64,000 bases of DNA from Callorhinchus milii (GCF_018977255.1 NW_024704742.1:63924001-63988000); one strand, 5' to 3'; shown: positions 11,350 through 23,714, counted from the stretch's first letter. Translations and numbers: made by a program. Notes: generated by a model not told the origin, from the letters alone.

Positions 11350-12170
11350 GCAACTTGCATTTATATAATGCACTTAATGTAGGATAATGTCTCAGAGCTC
11401 TGAATCACAGTTAACGACAACGTGCTCTTATAGTGAGTTTGAGTAATCCAGGCAGGAGGTGTCAAATGCATGCACGAGGGTTTCGGCTGCATTTGGGATA
11501 AGATATGATTGGAGGCGGGCAATGTGGCAGAGGTAGAAGAAGGCGTCCTGGTCAGGGACCGGATGTGGGGGAGGAAGGACAGCTGGGGGTTGAACCAGAC
11601 ACCTAGATTGCGCACTGGTTTGGTGAGTCTGAGGGAGAGCCCAGGGAGGTTGAGGAGTTTAGATCCGCAGGAGTGAAGATGTTGACGGGAGCCAAGGAAT
11701 ATGGCTTCTGTCTTGTCCACATTCAGCTGCAGGAAGTTTTCACTCATCCAGGCCTTGATGTCTGCAGACAAGCAGATAGAACATTGGCGAACCTGGAGAT
11801 GGTACTGGTGGAGGCAAAGTAGATTTGTGTGTCATCAGCATACATGTGGACGTTTACCGTGTGTTTGTGGATGACATCGCCCAGAGGGAGCATATAGATA
11901 TGGAAAAGAAAGGGGACGAGGATGGAGCTCTGGGTTACCCTGCAGGTGACCGTTCGGGGGCAGGAGGAGAAACCATTGCTGAGATGAAATGGAGGCAGTT
12001 GGTTAAGTAGGACTCAAACCGTGCCAGTGCGGTCCCACTAAGGTGGATGAGGGAGGAGAGGCGGTGAAGGAGGATGGCGTGGTCGACTGTTTCGAATGCG
12101 GCAGAGAGATTCAGGAGGACGAGGAGGCAGAGGGAGCCCTGGTCACAGATAGAGACAATGTCTTTAGTCA
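11350..12170 (-). mobile_element. L2 LINE RT fragment with 3' tail
   Basis: LLVLLNLSAAFETVDHAILL and [20 protein letters not shown]...VRNLGVWF motifs. Confidence 0.92.
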
Positions 12171-13317
12171 CTACGTGAGCACTTGTAATTACTTTTAGGG
12201 ATCTTAATGTAATTAAGCAGTACAGCAATAGCAGGGATTATTATTAATAACAGTCATTATACTTGACAGGAATTCCCTATGAATCATCTTGAGGTGCCTG
12301 ACATTATATATTATATAAAATGTAAGAATTATGATTATTATGATCCTTAATAAATAATATTATTTATTTATTATTTACTCAGTCACCAGCAATGATGAAC
12401 AAGAAGGTATAAATCATTTTGTAACAATTAATTAGTTTGTGGTATATGACTGGCTATAAATTCTTCACTTTCATATCTATTCTACAGATGTTGACAGCAA
12501 TAACGGGGATAAAAATACGACATTTCACAATAGATTCAATGTGATAAATATCAAATCTGTTGTGAAACGTAGCATTTTTCACCGCATTGTTTTAAAACCA
12601 TTATTAAATACGTGTTTTCACACACGTAAAGGCACATGAGCAGCACATTACTTGACTTGTGTTTTAGTCAACAATCTGTTTGTTGCACTCTTAGTAAATA
12701 GTTTTGAACAGTGAAACAAATACATACAGAAGTTTGAATTCACTCGTCACTGCAGTAAACAAAACTCCAGTTGACCACTGTCAAGTTGTCCCATGTTTTT
12801 ATAGCAATGGAAATAAATGGCTTTCTACAACAACAATAAGATTACATTTGTATAGCGCCTTTCATGTCGGGAGGACGTCCCAAGGCCCAGGTTTTAATCA
12901 GCTCCAATTCACTGACTGCTGATCCCTAACATGAAATGTAAGAGTATTCTAGGGAATGTGAACTTGTGGGAGATTGACACTCACAAAGGAAATTTACGAG
13001 CAATTTTACGAGTCAACTTTGGGAATATAATTTAAATCCTGGAAGTGACTTTTAAATGTTACCTCTTTAAAAACGTGCCTGTTCTTCAGAATTTTAAACA
13101 AAATTTTCTATGCACCAAGACCTATTTTTACGCTGCACATGTGGAGATTATTCTAATGTTTTATTGCAGCTGATTTATTTTTCAGCCTGTGCTATTTTTA
13201 CTGTTGCAGTGTGAGCGTGTTGCTAATTTTGCAAGCATGAAATCAACATGTTTCAGCTGGTTACTCAACACCCTCTCCTTGTGCTTTGCTGCTATCGAGT
13301 GTAGATATTGAGGTCAT

Positions 13318-13639
13318 ATAATAATAATAATCCTTGCATTTGATATAGCGCTTTTCACGTCGGGAGGACGCCCCAAAGCGCTTCACAGAATATACTGTAA
13401 AGTGAATTGACTGTATATTTATGGGCGAACGCGGCAGCCAATTGCGCACAGCAATGTTCCACAAACAGTCGTAGATTGAAAATGACCAATTTATTATTGT
13501 TTTTGGTTTTGGAGGGATTATTATTAGGCTCTGTGTGGAGTAAGAAAACTTGCCCAAGGTTTCGCCCTCTGCCTGGAATTGAACTCAGGTCTCTCGCTTG
13601 CAAAGCGAGTGCTCTAACCACTGAGCTACAGGACTCCAC
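13318..13639 (-). mobile_element. SINE family A, young full-length short variant
   Basis: Nearly identical to the copies at 41237-41567, 49687-50014 and 59904-60229. Confidence 0.95.
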
Positions 13640-13662
13640 AACTTAGGGTCCACTTGAACCCA

Positions 13663-13922
13663 GTTCAAGTGGACCCTAAAGATCCAATGGCAATATTCGA
13701 AAAGAGAAGGGAGTTTCTACCGGTGTCCTGAACAACAATCCCATAGAGCAAATTGGATATTCACTTCATGGCTGTTTGTGGGAAATTGCGGTGTGAAAAT
13801 TGGCTGCCACATTCACGTACAAAAATACACAGTTAGTACCTTTACATAAATCCTATGAAGCCCTTTGAAACATCCTCCTGACATGAAAGGTGTTATATTA
13901 AATACAAGGATTATTATTAATT
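13663..13922 (+). mobile_element. DeuSINE (family B), 5'-truncated
   Basis: aaagatccaatggcaatattcgaaaagagaagggagtttc...caaggattattatt. Confidence 0.85.
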
Positions 13923-14656
13923 AATATTACAATCTTTGCCACCAAGAAACTATCTTAGAATTACAGAAAGTTTATAGCGCAGCCCATCTAATGGGTGCTG
14001 GAGTTAGCTCACACCAATGATTCTCACTCTCTCATGAATAAACTGCATGACTGCGGTTGTTTGATTTTAGCATTTCCCAACAGAATTCTTTCACATTCTC
14101 TCTCTTTCTCTTTGACTCGCTCTCTATCTCTTTTTCAATGTCCTTCTTTTACCAGAAATCCACTGAACAAACTCTCTCTGAATCCTCGCCACCTTGTCTA
14201 ACGACCATACAAAAACTGAGCTTAAGCTTTCGCAGGGCTGTTTCAGAACTGTAACACATGATATTACATCTACGGCACAGATCAACAGTAATCGCTCTTT
14301 GTGAAACCAAGTTTACTGAAAAGCTTTAAGAGCAAACTTTTAAAAAGCGCTGACTTCAGACCTGTTCTATTAATAACTGCAGGGAAGTAGCTGCTGTCAA
14401 GTGAATCCTGTTGAAAGATAAGCTTGAGGATATTGGGCAAGGTGCGTGTGCCACCCACTGAGCTCTGCTGACAGCTGTGGTGAAATGGTGGGCAGAGGGC
14501 AAGCACCTCGTCACAGTGAAGAGAGGTTGATCAGAGTCACCCTGACTCCACAGCTGTTCCACTCACTCGTCATCCTGTCACTGAAGTGCCTTGGGATGCC
14601 CTTGCAATGTGAAAGGCGCTATATAAATGTAATTTATCATTGTTGAAGCATTTCCC

Positions 14657-15010
14657 GTGGAGTCCTGTAGTGTAGTGGTTAGCGCGCTCGCCTCGCAAGC
14701 GAGAGGACCCTGGTTCGATTCTTAGGTGGGGCAAGTTTCCTTACTCCAAACACCCCTATTTACCTAGCAATACGTAGGAACCTGGTTGTTAGTCGATTGG
14801 CAGATGACTTTCCGGGATAATATTCCCTTCAAAAAAAAATGTGGTCACTCAATCCATGACTGTTTGTGGGACACTGCTGTGCGCAATTGGCTGCCGTTTT
14901 TCGCCCACAAAATACAGACAATCCACTTTACAATATATCCTGTGAAAGGCTTTGAGTCATCTGAAAGATATAAGGTGCTGTAACAAAAATGCAAGGATTA
15001 TCATTATTAG
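14657..15010 (+). mobile_element. SINE family A, long variant
   Basis: Full head, tacctagca...ggttgttagtcgattggcagat segment, tail. Confidence 0.9.
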
Positions 15011-15616
15011 TAGTATTAGTATTGTTGTCTGCTTCTGGAACTTGAGCCCATAGCTGATGTTTCAGCGAGTACTGTGGCTTTACTAAATATCAAGTCACAT
15101 TGTCACTGTGAGGAGGAGGAGGAAGAGGAGAATAAAGGTACGAGATCCAGGTGTTTCGGATTCCACATCGCAACATAAACTGGGTGGATCCCGGCACCAG
15201 CTGCCCCCGGCTGCACCAGGACCAGTTCCATTTAATCAGGGTCTCAAGTGGCCTCCGAGCTAAATGCAGTTAGTGCTGAGAGCCGGACGTTGATTGGAGA
15301 GGATAACCACACCACTAAGTTAGCTGACAGGCGATACAAGGCCTTTTTAACTGTAACTGCAGTCTGCACAAAACACTTAACTGTGCTTGAAACTAGGCGT
15401 TAAAAATCACACACCACAGCAAAAAGCCAGAGGCTGATCAGATTTGCTACTACTTGCTGTTTGCATTTCTCTGCGATAATTGCCTTTTTTTGGAACTACT
15501 GTGTAAAAGTCTCTTCTTGTCTCTAGACTAATTTATGACTCTTATTTCAGTTTGAAAACCTGTGTACATCTAGTACTGGGCATACTGACATCACGGTGGA
15601 GTGTTAGACTTAACCT

Positions 15617-16050
15617 GGTGTGTCAGCCTGGCTCATTTGGAAGCACTCTCTCCTCTGCATCTGAAGGTTGTGGGTTCAAACCCCATGTAGGGATGTTGAA
15701 CTCATATAGTCGAGGCTGACACTGCAGTGCCTTGTCAAATGTGCCATCCTTCAGTTGAGACGTTAACCTGAGGTCCATTGTGCCTGTTCAGGTGGATGTT
15801 AAAGATACCATTGGCACCATTTGAAAGTGAAAAGAATTTCTCTCAGTGTACTCGCCAACAATTCCCAAAATAAAACGTTCCAAAACACTTTACAGGATAC
15901 ACTGTAAAGCATTGTGACCTGTGTGCTTTTTGTGGGCGAACACAGCAGCCAATTTATGCACAGCAATGTCCCACAAACAGCCATGAAGTGAATGACCAAC
16001 TTTATCTGGAGGATTGTTGGCCAGGACACTGGGAGAAACTTCCTTCTCTT
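15617..16050. mobile_element. Two DeuSINE pieces in opposite orientations (+ 15617-15870, - 15880-16050)
   Basis: gtgtcagcctggctca head and Deu motif, followed by a reverse-complement body. Confidence 0.8.
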
Positions 16051-16574
16051 AGTGTCTGGCCAACAATCCCACAAATAAATGTCTTACACAGTACAGTTGG
16101 ACAACCCATTATATGTCCCCAGTATAATAATAATCTTTACAACTGATATAGCGCCTTTCATATTGCAATACTTGCATACTGCAAAGTGTAGTGACTGCTT
16201 TTTTTTTTTGGTGGTGAACGTCTGCAAAAGTGCGGGTATGTTTATAGCAAGGTCATACTGTAGACCTGTGATGTACCGAAAGTCAGGTACATCACAGGTC
16301 TACAGAAGTCTGTACAGAAGTCTGATTTCATAGAACTCCCAACCGCCAAGCTATAATGCTATATGTGTGAATATTACAAAGTGATAAATAAATCCATAAT
16401 ATCATGCCTACCATATAAAAATGTCTCAACTTCATCACACAGTGGGTTACTTTGCAGTGGAGTGACTGTTGGTATCGACGAATAATGCACTGTGCTGTTT
16501 GATCACAAAGGCAGCCCCCACTTCAAGAGCAGCATGGTTGCACACAATGTTATATAAATTGTGATGCCATAATC

Positions 16575-16992
16575 ATAGTAATAATTCTTTCATTTAATAT
16601 TGCATCTTATCATGTCGTGGAGACATCGCAAAGTTCTTCACAGGATATACTGTAAATTGGATTGACTGTATTTTATGAGTGAAATCCGGCAGCCAGTTGT
16701 GCCCAACAACGTCCCACAAACAGCTGTGGAATGAATTACCACTTTTATTTGGGGGATTCTTGGCCAGAATACTGGGACAAACTTCTCTTTTCAAATAATG
16801 CTATAAGATCTTTGACATCCACTTGAACAGGCAGATGGGACCTCGGTTTAATGTCTCATCTGAAAGACAATATCTCCGACAATGCAACTGCATTGAAGTG
16901 TCAGCTTAGACTATGTGATTTCAAGACCTGACATGGGGCTTGAACCAACAACCTTCAAAGGCAAGAGTGCTACCACTGCACCAGGGTGACAC
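16575..16992 (-). mobile_element. DeuSINE (family B), full-length
   Basis: gggacctcggtttaatgtctcatctgaaag and ggggcttgaaccaacaacc. Confidence 0.85.
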
Positions 16993-17569
16993 ATATGAGG
17001 ATTGTTATTATTATTGCTATTTCTAGGTTTAAACTCCAAGTCAGGATTTGAGCCCATAGTCCAGGTTTATATTCCAACAACAACAAGAATACATTTGTAT
17101 AGCACCTTTCATGTCGGGAGGATGTCCCAAGGTGCTGGATAGAGTACAGCATTTCAGACCAATGCAGAATTGTTAGAGATGCATTAAACTGAGGCCTCTG
17201 TTCTTCAGCTGGATGTTACAACCCACTGCACTATTCACAAAGGGAAATGAGTTTCTCCCAGTTTCCTGGACAGCAATCCTCAAGATTAATTGATCGCTCA
17301 CCTCAGTGTGGTTTGCGGGTCTTGGATGGGTTTGTCTACAAAATACAATCACTGAACTTGCTAATAAACTTGCAAAGCACTTTCTCAAGATCTTCCTCTT
17401 GGTCATCCTCCTACCTCAACCCCTTACACCCCACAGCTTGGGTGCAAACAATTGACTGTCCGGCACCTTGGGACATTCACCCAATGTTAAAAGCACTATT
17501 TAAATGTAATTTATTGTTGTTTTCAATGTTATAGTTGCTATAACAATGCAGATTACAGTATTATTGTAA

Positions 17570-17880
17570 TATTGTTGGAGGTCCTGCCCTTCGGATGAGA
17601 TGTTTAACTGAGGCCCCATCTACCTGTTCAGGTGAACATTTATGATCCCATGGCACTAATCAAAAAGAGAAGGGAGTTTCTCCCAATGTTCTGACCTACA
17701 ATCCCCCAAATAATGTTAGTCATTCACTCCATAGCCATTGGTGGGCCATTGCAGTGCACAAATTGACTGCTGCATTCATCCACAAAACACACACAATCAC
17801 TGCAATTACACTGCAAGTATCCTGTACAGCACTTTGGGATGCTATATTAAATGTAATGATTATTATTATTTTTATCATTA
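17570..17880 (+). mobile_element. DeuSINE (family B)
   Basis: cttcggatgagatgtttaactgaggccc...gatcccatggcact. Confidence 0.85.
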
Positions 17881-19129
17881 TTCTCCGGGCTGAGGATGTA
17901 CAGTCAAATGGCGTATGGAATTGTTCATCAAGGTTATAATGCGGATCATGAACAATGGTGAACTTTGCCCACGATCAACACAAAATACAAAATTCCCCAA
18001 GGTTGCCTGATGGCAACCCAAGGTCTATTTTCTCTATGGTAATGATGCTCCACCTAGTGGCTCAGATGAAAAATGACCTAACCTTCAGTGTGAAAAATGC
18101 GATCTGATAATGATCAATTTTTAGTGATGAAAGCTTGTTTCAATTGCAACATGACAAAGCCAAGCGCTTAATGCTGGGCACCACAGAGGTTGGATTGTGG
18201 TCAGGAGACAAGAACTAGCAGGTAACTGACACCGAACACAACTTTCAGATGCAATGAGACAGCGCATTAAGGTTTAAGGTTGTGAATGTCAATTTTGGAA
18301 CAACAACAGGAAGTATTTCTTCACCCAGTGGATAATTAATGACTGGAACCGATTGCCAGTAAAGATGGTTTAGGCCAGGACACAGGACTTATTCAAAATA
18401 CAGTTTAATGCTGTGATGAGAGAACAATTAAGGGCTTTCTTTATCTGAACCCCTCTTGGGATCGCAGTTTTAAAAGCAACAGGGTTGCATGAAAAAGAGA
18501 GGAGTGAGACCACTAATAATAATAATGATTGCATTTGATATAATACCATATCACATCTTTGAGACGCCTATACTCACAGAATATACTGTAAAGTGAATTG
18601 ACTGTATTTTGTGGGCGAAACGCAACAGCAACAACCATTGATTAAAATGTAAAACTGCACAGAATTTGGAAAAATTGTAAATGCAACAACAACAACTTGC
18701 ATTTATATAGCGACCTTCATGCAGGGTAGCTCCCCAAAGTGAAAATTCAGTCCTGATTTGGAAACCTTTGTACTGCAGTTGTTAAAAAAGCTATAGACTT
18801 TGGATTCTTGTGGGGAGGAATATAACAAACATATAAATATTTGTTGTATTCCTCCCCGCAAGACCAGCCTGGTGAATCTATGCTATGAAGATCAGGCACT
18901 CAGGGAGCATGGTTAGGATGAAAATAAAACAAGGGCCCTCTCTAGGTTAAAACAAACTTGGCATCAATTCATTCAAAAACGGCTAAGGGAGAAATCAGTA
19001 GTTGAAGCGATGTTCAACTCCACGTCAGTTGCTAAGTACAAGATAAAATGAATGGCCTCAAATTCTAACCTTGTGAAAATGATCACCGGTGATAATCGTC
19101 ACAACACACACGGCAGATTATCAGTGTTT

Positions 19130-19830
19130 CGGACCTGAGTTGGGGGTCCGGATCGGGGAGGGTGGAGGGCAGTAGGGGAAGGAGGGTGATCAAAGGCACG
19201 GTCGAAGAGGAGGGTCTTGAGATGGGTCTTGAAAGAGGCAAGGGAGGGGGCGAGGAGAGCAACAGTGGGATGGAGTTCCAGAGTGTGGGGGCAGAGTGGC
19301 TGAAGGCCTGCTCGCCAATGGTGGGGTAGGCGAGGTGAGGGACGTGAAGCAGGCCAGAGCCTGCTGAGCGGCAGGAGCGGGCAGGTTGGTAGGTGGTTAG
19401 GAGGTCTCAGAAGTAGAGGAGAGTAAGCTATGAAGGGCTTTGAAGGTGAGGACCAGGATCTTGTGAGAGCCTGAGCAAGGATGGAGACAGGGGCAGGTAT
19501 AGGGGGAAGTGGCCAAAAGGAACAGTCAGAGAGATAGGTCTTCAGATGAGTTTTGAAAGTAAAAAGGGCAGTGGTGAGATGGAGGGATTTTTGAAGAGAG
19601 TTTCAGAGGGTGGGAGCAAAGTGCTTGAAGGCTCATGATGAAGGTGTGGCAAAGTAGGCGGGGCACTTTTGTTCGTTTTCTGAAGCAGTCTGGAACTAAC
19701 AGCATGTTGGGAGTACAGGAGATCACAGAGTTTAGGATGGGGCAAGGATGTGGAGGCATTTGAAGATAAAGGAAGAGGTTCTTGAATTTGATCTTCAGGG
19801 GGATGAGAGCCAGTATAGCTGGGTGATGAT
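19130..19830 (-). mobile_element. L2 3' fragments (two)
   Basis: Reverse complement of the KILVLTFK-type coding segment and the L2 3' UTR. Confidence 0.75.
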
Positions 19831-19939
19831 TGGACATGGGGAATGAGGTTGATAGGCACACAAAGCCCATGGTTGTAGAGGATGTGGCCTGCAGAATTCT
19901 AGATGTGGAGGGTGTGGCTTTTGAAAGTTTGAGTTTGGA

Positions 19940-20280
19940 GGTGCTGGGGGAATGCTGCATAGTTGGAGGTGCTTTCTTTAGGATGATAACTGAGGCCCTG
20001 TCTGCCTGTTCAGGTGGATGCTAAAGATCCCACAGCACTATTTGAAAAGAGAAGGGAGTTTCTCCTGGTGTCTGGGCCAACAATTCCCCAAATAAAAATG
20101 GTCATTCACTTCATGCCTGTATGTGGGACATTACTGGTTGCAAATTGGCCTTTGCATTCACCGGCAAAACATATAGTAACTACACTTCATATTGGAAACC
20201 CTGTGAAGCCCTGAGAGACCTTATCCCAACATGAAATGCTCTATACAAAATATCAGTACTGTTATGATTATTATTATTAT
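19940..20280 (+). mobile_element. DeuSINE (family B)
   Basis: ctgcctgttcaggtggatgctaaagatccc... Confidence 0.85.
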
Positions 20281-21566
20281 GGTCACTTGGTACCATCTAC
20301 AGCTTATTGCCTTGCATTGTTGCAATCTATTTCAGATGCCAGATAAGACTATAAATATCAAAGTGAAATTGCACATACATTTTATGAAGGCCCCAAAGTG
20401 AGATACTATTGTTGAAGAAGTTAGTGCAGAACTGTGATAATAATGACTTTGGCTGTCTGTGGGAGCTACAACAATAACTATACTTATACAGAACCTTTTA
20501 TGTAGGATAACAGAGATAGTTTTGCAAAGATGGAATGGGAGCTCGAGCACAGTAAGAAATGGGGCAGAAGAGTGGTTGAAGGTGAGGCGGGAGGTGATTG
20601 AAGACACAGTCAGAGATAGGTTTTTCGATAGGATTTGAAAGTGGAGAAATTTGTCCCTGTCCCCTCCACTCCACCATCAGTGGCCGTGGTTTCGATCACT
20701 ACGCTCTGAAACTTTGGAACACTCTCTCCCAATCCCTCTGCCTTGCCCTCCTTCCCCTCTTTTAGATCATGACTGAAGACCTTCCTCTTTGACTGTGCTT
20801 ATGGTCACCTCTTCCTTCCTCTTGGCTTGGAGTCAGGCTCCAGCGCTATTAAGCGAACCGAGACACTGCCCCGCATGAAGCGTGCTATATAAATGCAAGT
20901 TGTTGTTGTTGGCGAGGGAAGGAGCGATGGAGAGTGATTCAGGGATAGAATTCCAGGGAGTGGGGACAAAGTGGCTGAAAGTTTACTTACCAGAGGAACA
21001 TGAAGCAGGCCTGAGTCAGTGAAGCAGAGAGAATGCGCAATGGAGTAGGACCACAGGAGATTGCAAGGATAGAATTGTGCCAATGGAGTATTGGTTATCA
21101 CAGACATGACTGGCACTGATCAATCTTTGCTGAAGTTAGCAAGAAATTCCTCCTCATCTGCCCTTCCCCTGCTTTTTCCAGCTAGAGAAAAGAACTGACA
21201 TGCAAGGTTAATTTATTGCGTGCGAATGTAAAGGAATGGGTTCATTTAAACAAAGGCGAATGAATGCAAGCCATCCTTCCTGAGGCTTGCCTGCCATGCA
21301 TTAAAAAACATCTCTTTCATTGAGAACAACTAGGACTGAATCAGTGTGACCACAAATGTTTCTGAGGTTGCAAGAAGATGCCACGGAATGCTGAAGACAA
21401 GCCAATTATAGGCTGGAGGGATGGGATTCACATTAACTGGCAAATTCCGAGTTTCATATTCTTAACCCCATAGCCCAACCTGAAGCTTCCAGGCTAGTTA
21501 CATCAGCAGAATATAATCTTTGCGAAACTAATCACTAACCTCAGAAATATAAAGCAAACAACTCAC

Positions 21567-21572
21567 CATCTC
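21567..21572 (-). CDS. Candidate 6-nt microexon GAGATG
   Basis: tttttttttgttgcttatacattcag|GAGATG|gtgagt. Confidence 0.35.
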
Positions 21573-23714
21573 CTGAATGTATAAGCAACAAAAAAAACTA
21601 GAAATTATCTGCCTCTCGGTTGGGCCCCAAAAAAAGATAATCCAGATAAATTGACTCAGTGCACAGAAATTAAGTGGATGTAATATTTTCTGGTAATCAA
21701 CTGAGGACTGTTTGTTGATGGGCTTGCATAATCATAATAATAATTTTATGTTTGATATGGCATCTTATCACATCGTCAAGATGTATCAAAGCACTTCATA
21801 GGATTTTACTGTGTAGTGCCTGTGTATCTGTTCACAAACAAATATGAATCCAGTCATGTTATTGTCATTATACCTCAGTGAGATGGAAGTTAGTAATAGA
21901 CGGTAATTATTATTAGGGACAATCAGAAGCTGTGTAACCTACAATAATAATTAATGATACTAACAACAATAATAATATTTGATGCCGTGCCTATAAAATC
22001 AAAATGTCTCAAAGCACTATATAGGATTTTACTGTAAAGTCTAGTGACTTTACTGATTTTACTGTAAAGTTTAATATAGCAAATGCTGCAGCCAATTTGC
22101 CCCCAACAATGTTGTACAAACAGCTTTTGAATGAATGCCCAATTTATCTATGGGATTGCATAGAGTAAAGTTAGGAAGAAGAGACAATGGCCCATAAGGC
22201 TGTAAAGTTAGAACCAATTGGAATGTTTAGGGTAAATAGATACATGGGTGTTGAGTGGTATGGAGAAAAAGGTGAGGAAATGGGATTAAAAGATCTGTTT
22301 TAATCGAATAAAATGGCAAAACATAGAGAGAGGTGAGTCAGAGGAGGGAGGAAGTTCCAGCCCAACCAAGGAACCCATTCAACCCATCCAGGGACACCAT
22401 TCAATCATTCAGCCCATCAAGCCTAAACTCATCCACTGGAGCTAACTATTCTAATAATAACAACAACAAATTACATGTGTGTGGCGCCTTTCACATCGAG
22501 AAGACTTCCCAAGGTGCTGGACAGTCAGGAATTTGGACCTGAGCTGGGAGTTGGGATCAGGAGAGATGGAGGGCAGGGAGGTAGGGGTAGGAAGGTGGCC
22601 GAAGGCGCAGTCGAAGAAGAGGGTCTTGAAACGTGGAATTCCCGGTGCTAATTCTCAGTTCTTTCTCCATACATTTCAATATTCTTGCTCTTGAAAATGT
22701 TCAGCCAGAATTCTTATATTCTTTCTAAGCCATGACGGGCCAAATGGCCTTCTTCTGTGCAATAGATGTCAATGACTGTAATGATGTTACATAAGTATTC
22801 AGACTTGCCATAGAGGACTTCAAAAATAAAGCTCTACAACAACAACTTGCATTTATATAGCACCCTTCACACAGGGTAATTCTAAAAGGTAGGGTGGGGG
22901 TGGGGAACAGGCAGTGTGACTAAATAGCTCTTTTCAGAGAGCTAGAGGGGCATGATTAGCTGAATGACTTCCCTCCGTGCTGAACATTTCTGTGGTTGTA
23001 TAAAGCATTTGCCACGTCTTAACCAACCAGTGAAACATTGTCACTGACTCATATATATATCATTCGGTCGTGTTTAAACTCACGTAAAGAGGTGTCCGGT
23101 TGCTCAGATCCCTCTTTGTGACAGCAGAGTCTTTACATCATCTTAACAGCAATGGCAGCACCTGCTCCCAGCTATCATGTCTCCAGTCGTGTTATTTACA
23201 GCTGTTCTCTGAACAGATACTCTATTTTCGAGGTCCGGCAGCACATTAACATCAACCCTCAATCCGATACATCGTCAGTGTAATAAACTATTACTGCTAC
23301 CTTTAATATCAAAAAAATCTGTCAATTCCATAAGTCGCTCCAGAGGACAAGGGTGTGTGTTAGAGCTGAGGAATTAAATGTACTCTTCTAGCTCCCCAAC
23401 AAAAATATTAATAATAATAATCCTTGCATTTTATACAATAACAACTTGCATTTATAAAGTTCCCTTTACACAACATAGCAGCTCGGAGCACTGCGCAGTG
23501 GTGGGGTTGATCACTGAGCAAGGGTGAAGGGGAGGAGGGGGTGGTGACCATAGTTGCGGTTAAGAGATAGATCTTAATGTGGCATGAAGATAGATAAAGA
23601 GGGGATAAGGCAACTTTCACATTGGGAGGATGTCTCACAGGATTATTGTAAATGCAGTATCTGTAGATATTGGCCAAGTGTCTAAAGACACTGGCAATGG
23701 TGTCTACAGACTGT

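Noticed and set aside
13355..13646. Recurrent near-identical ORFs (also at 49.7 and 60 kb)
   Set aside because: Translations of the same SINE consensus, not a gene family
14156..14254. Strong + strand pyrimidine tract and acceptor followed by KSTEQTLSESS...
   Set aside because: The tract is a CT low-complexity run, the frame ends in a stop, and there is no homology
15066..15138. + strand exon-like segment encoding a poly-Glu run
   Set aside because: Explained by a short (GAG)n microsatellite; no other support
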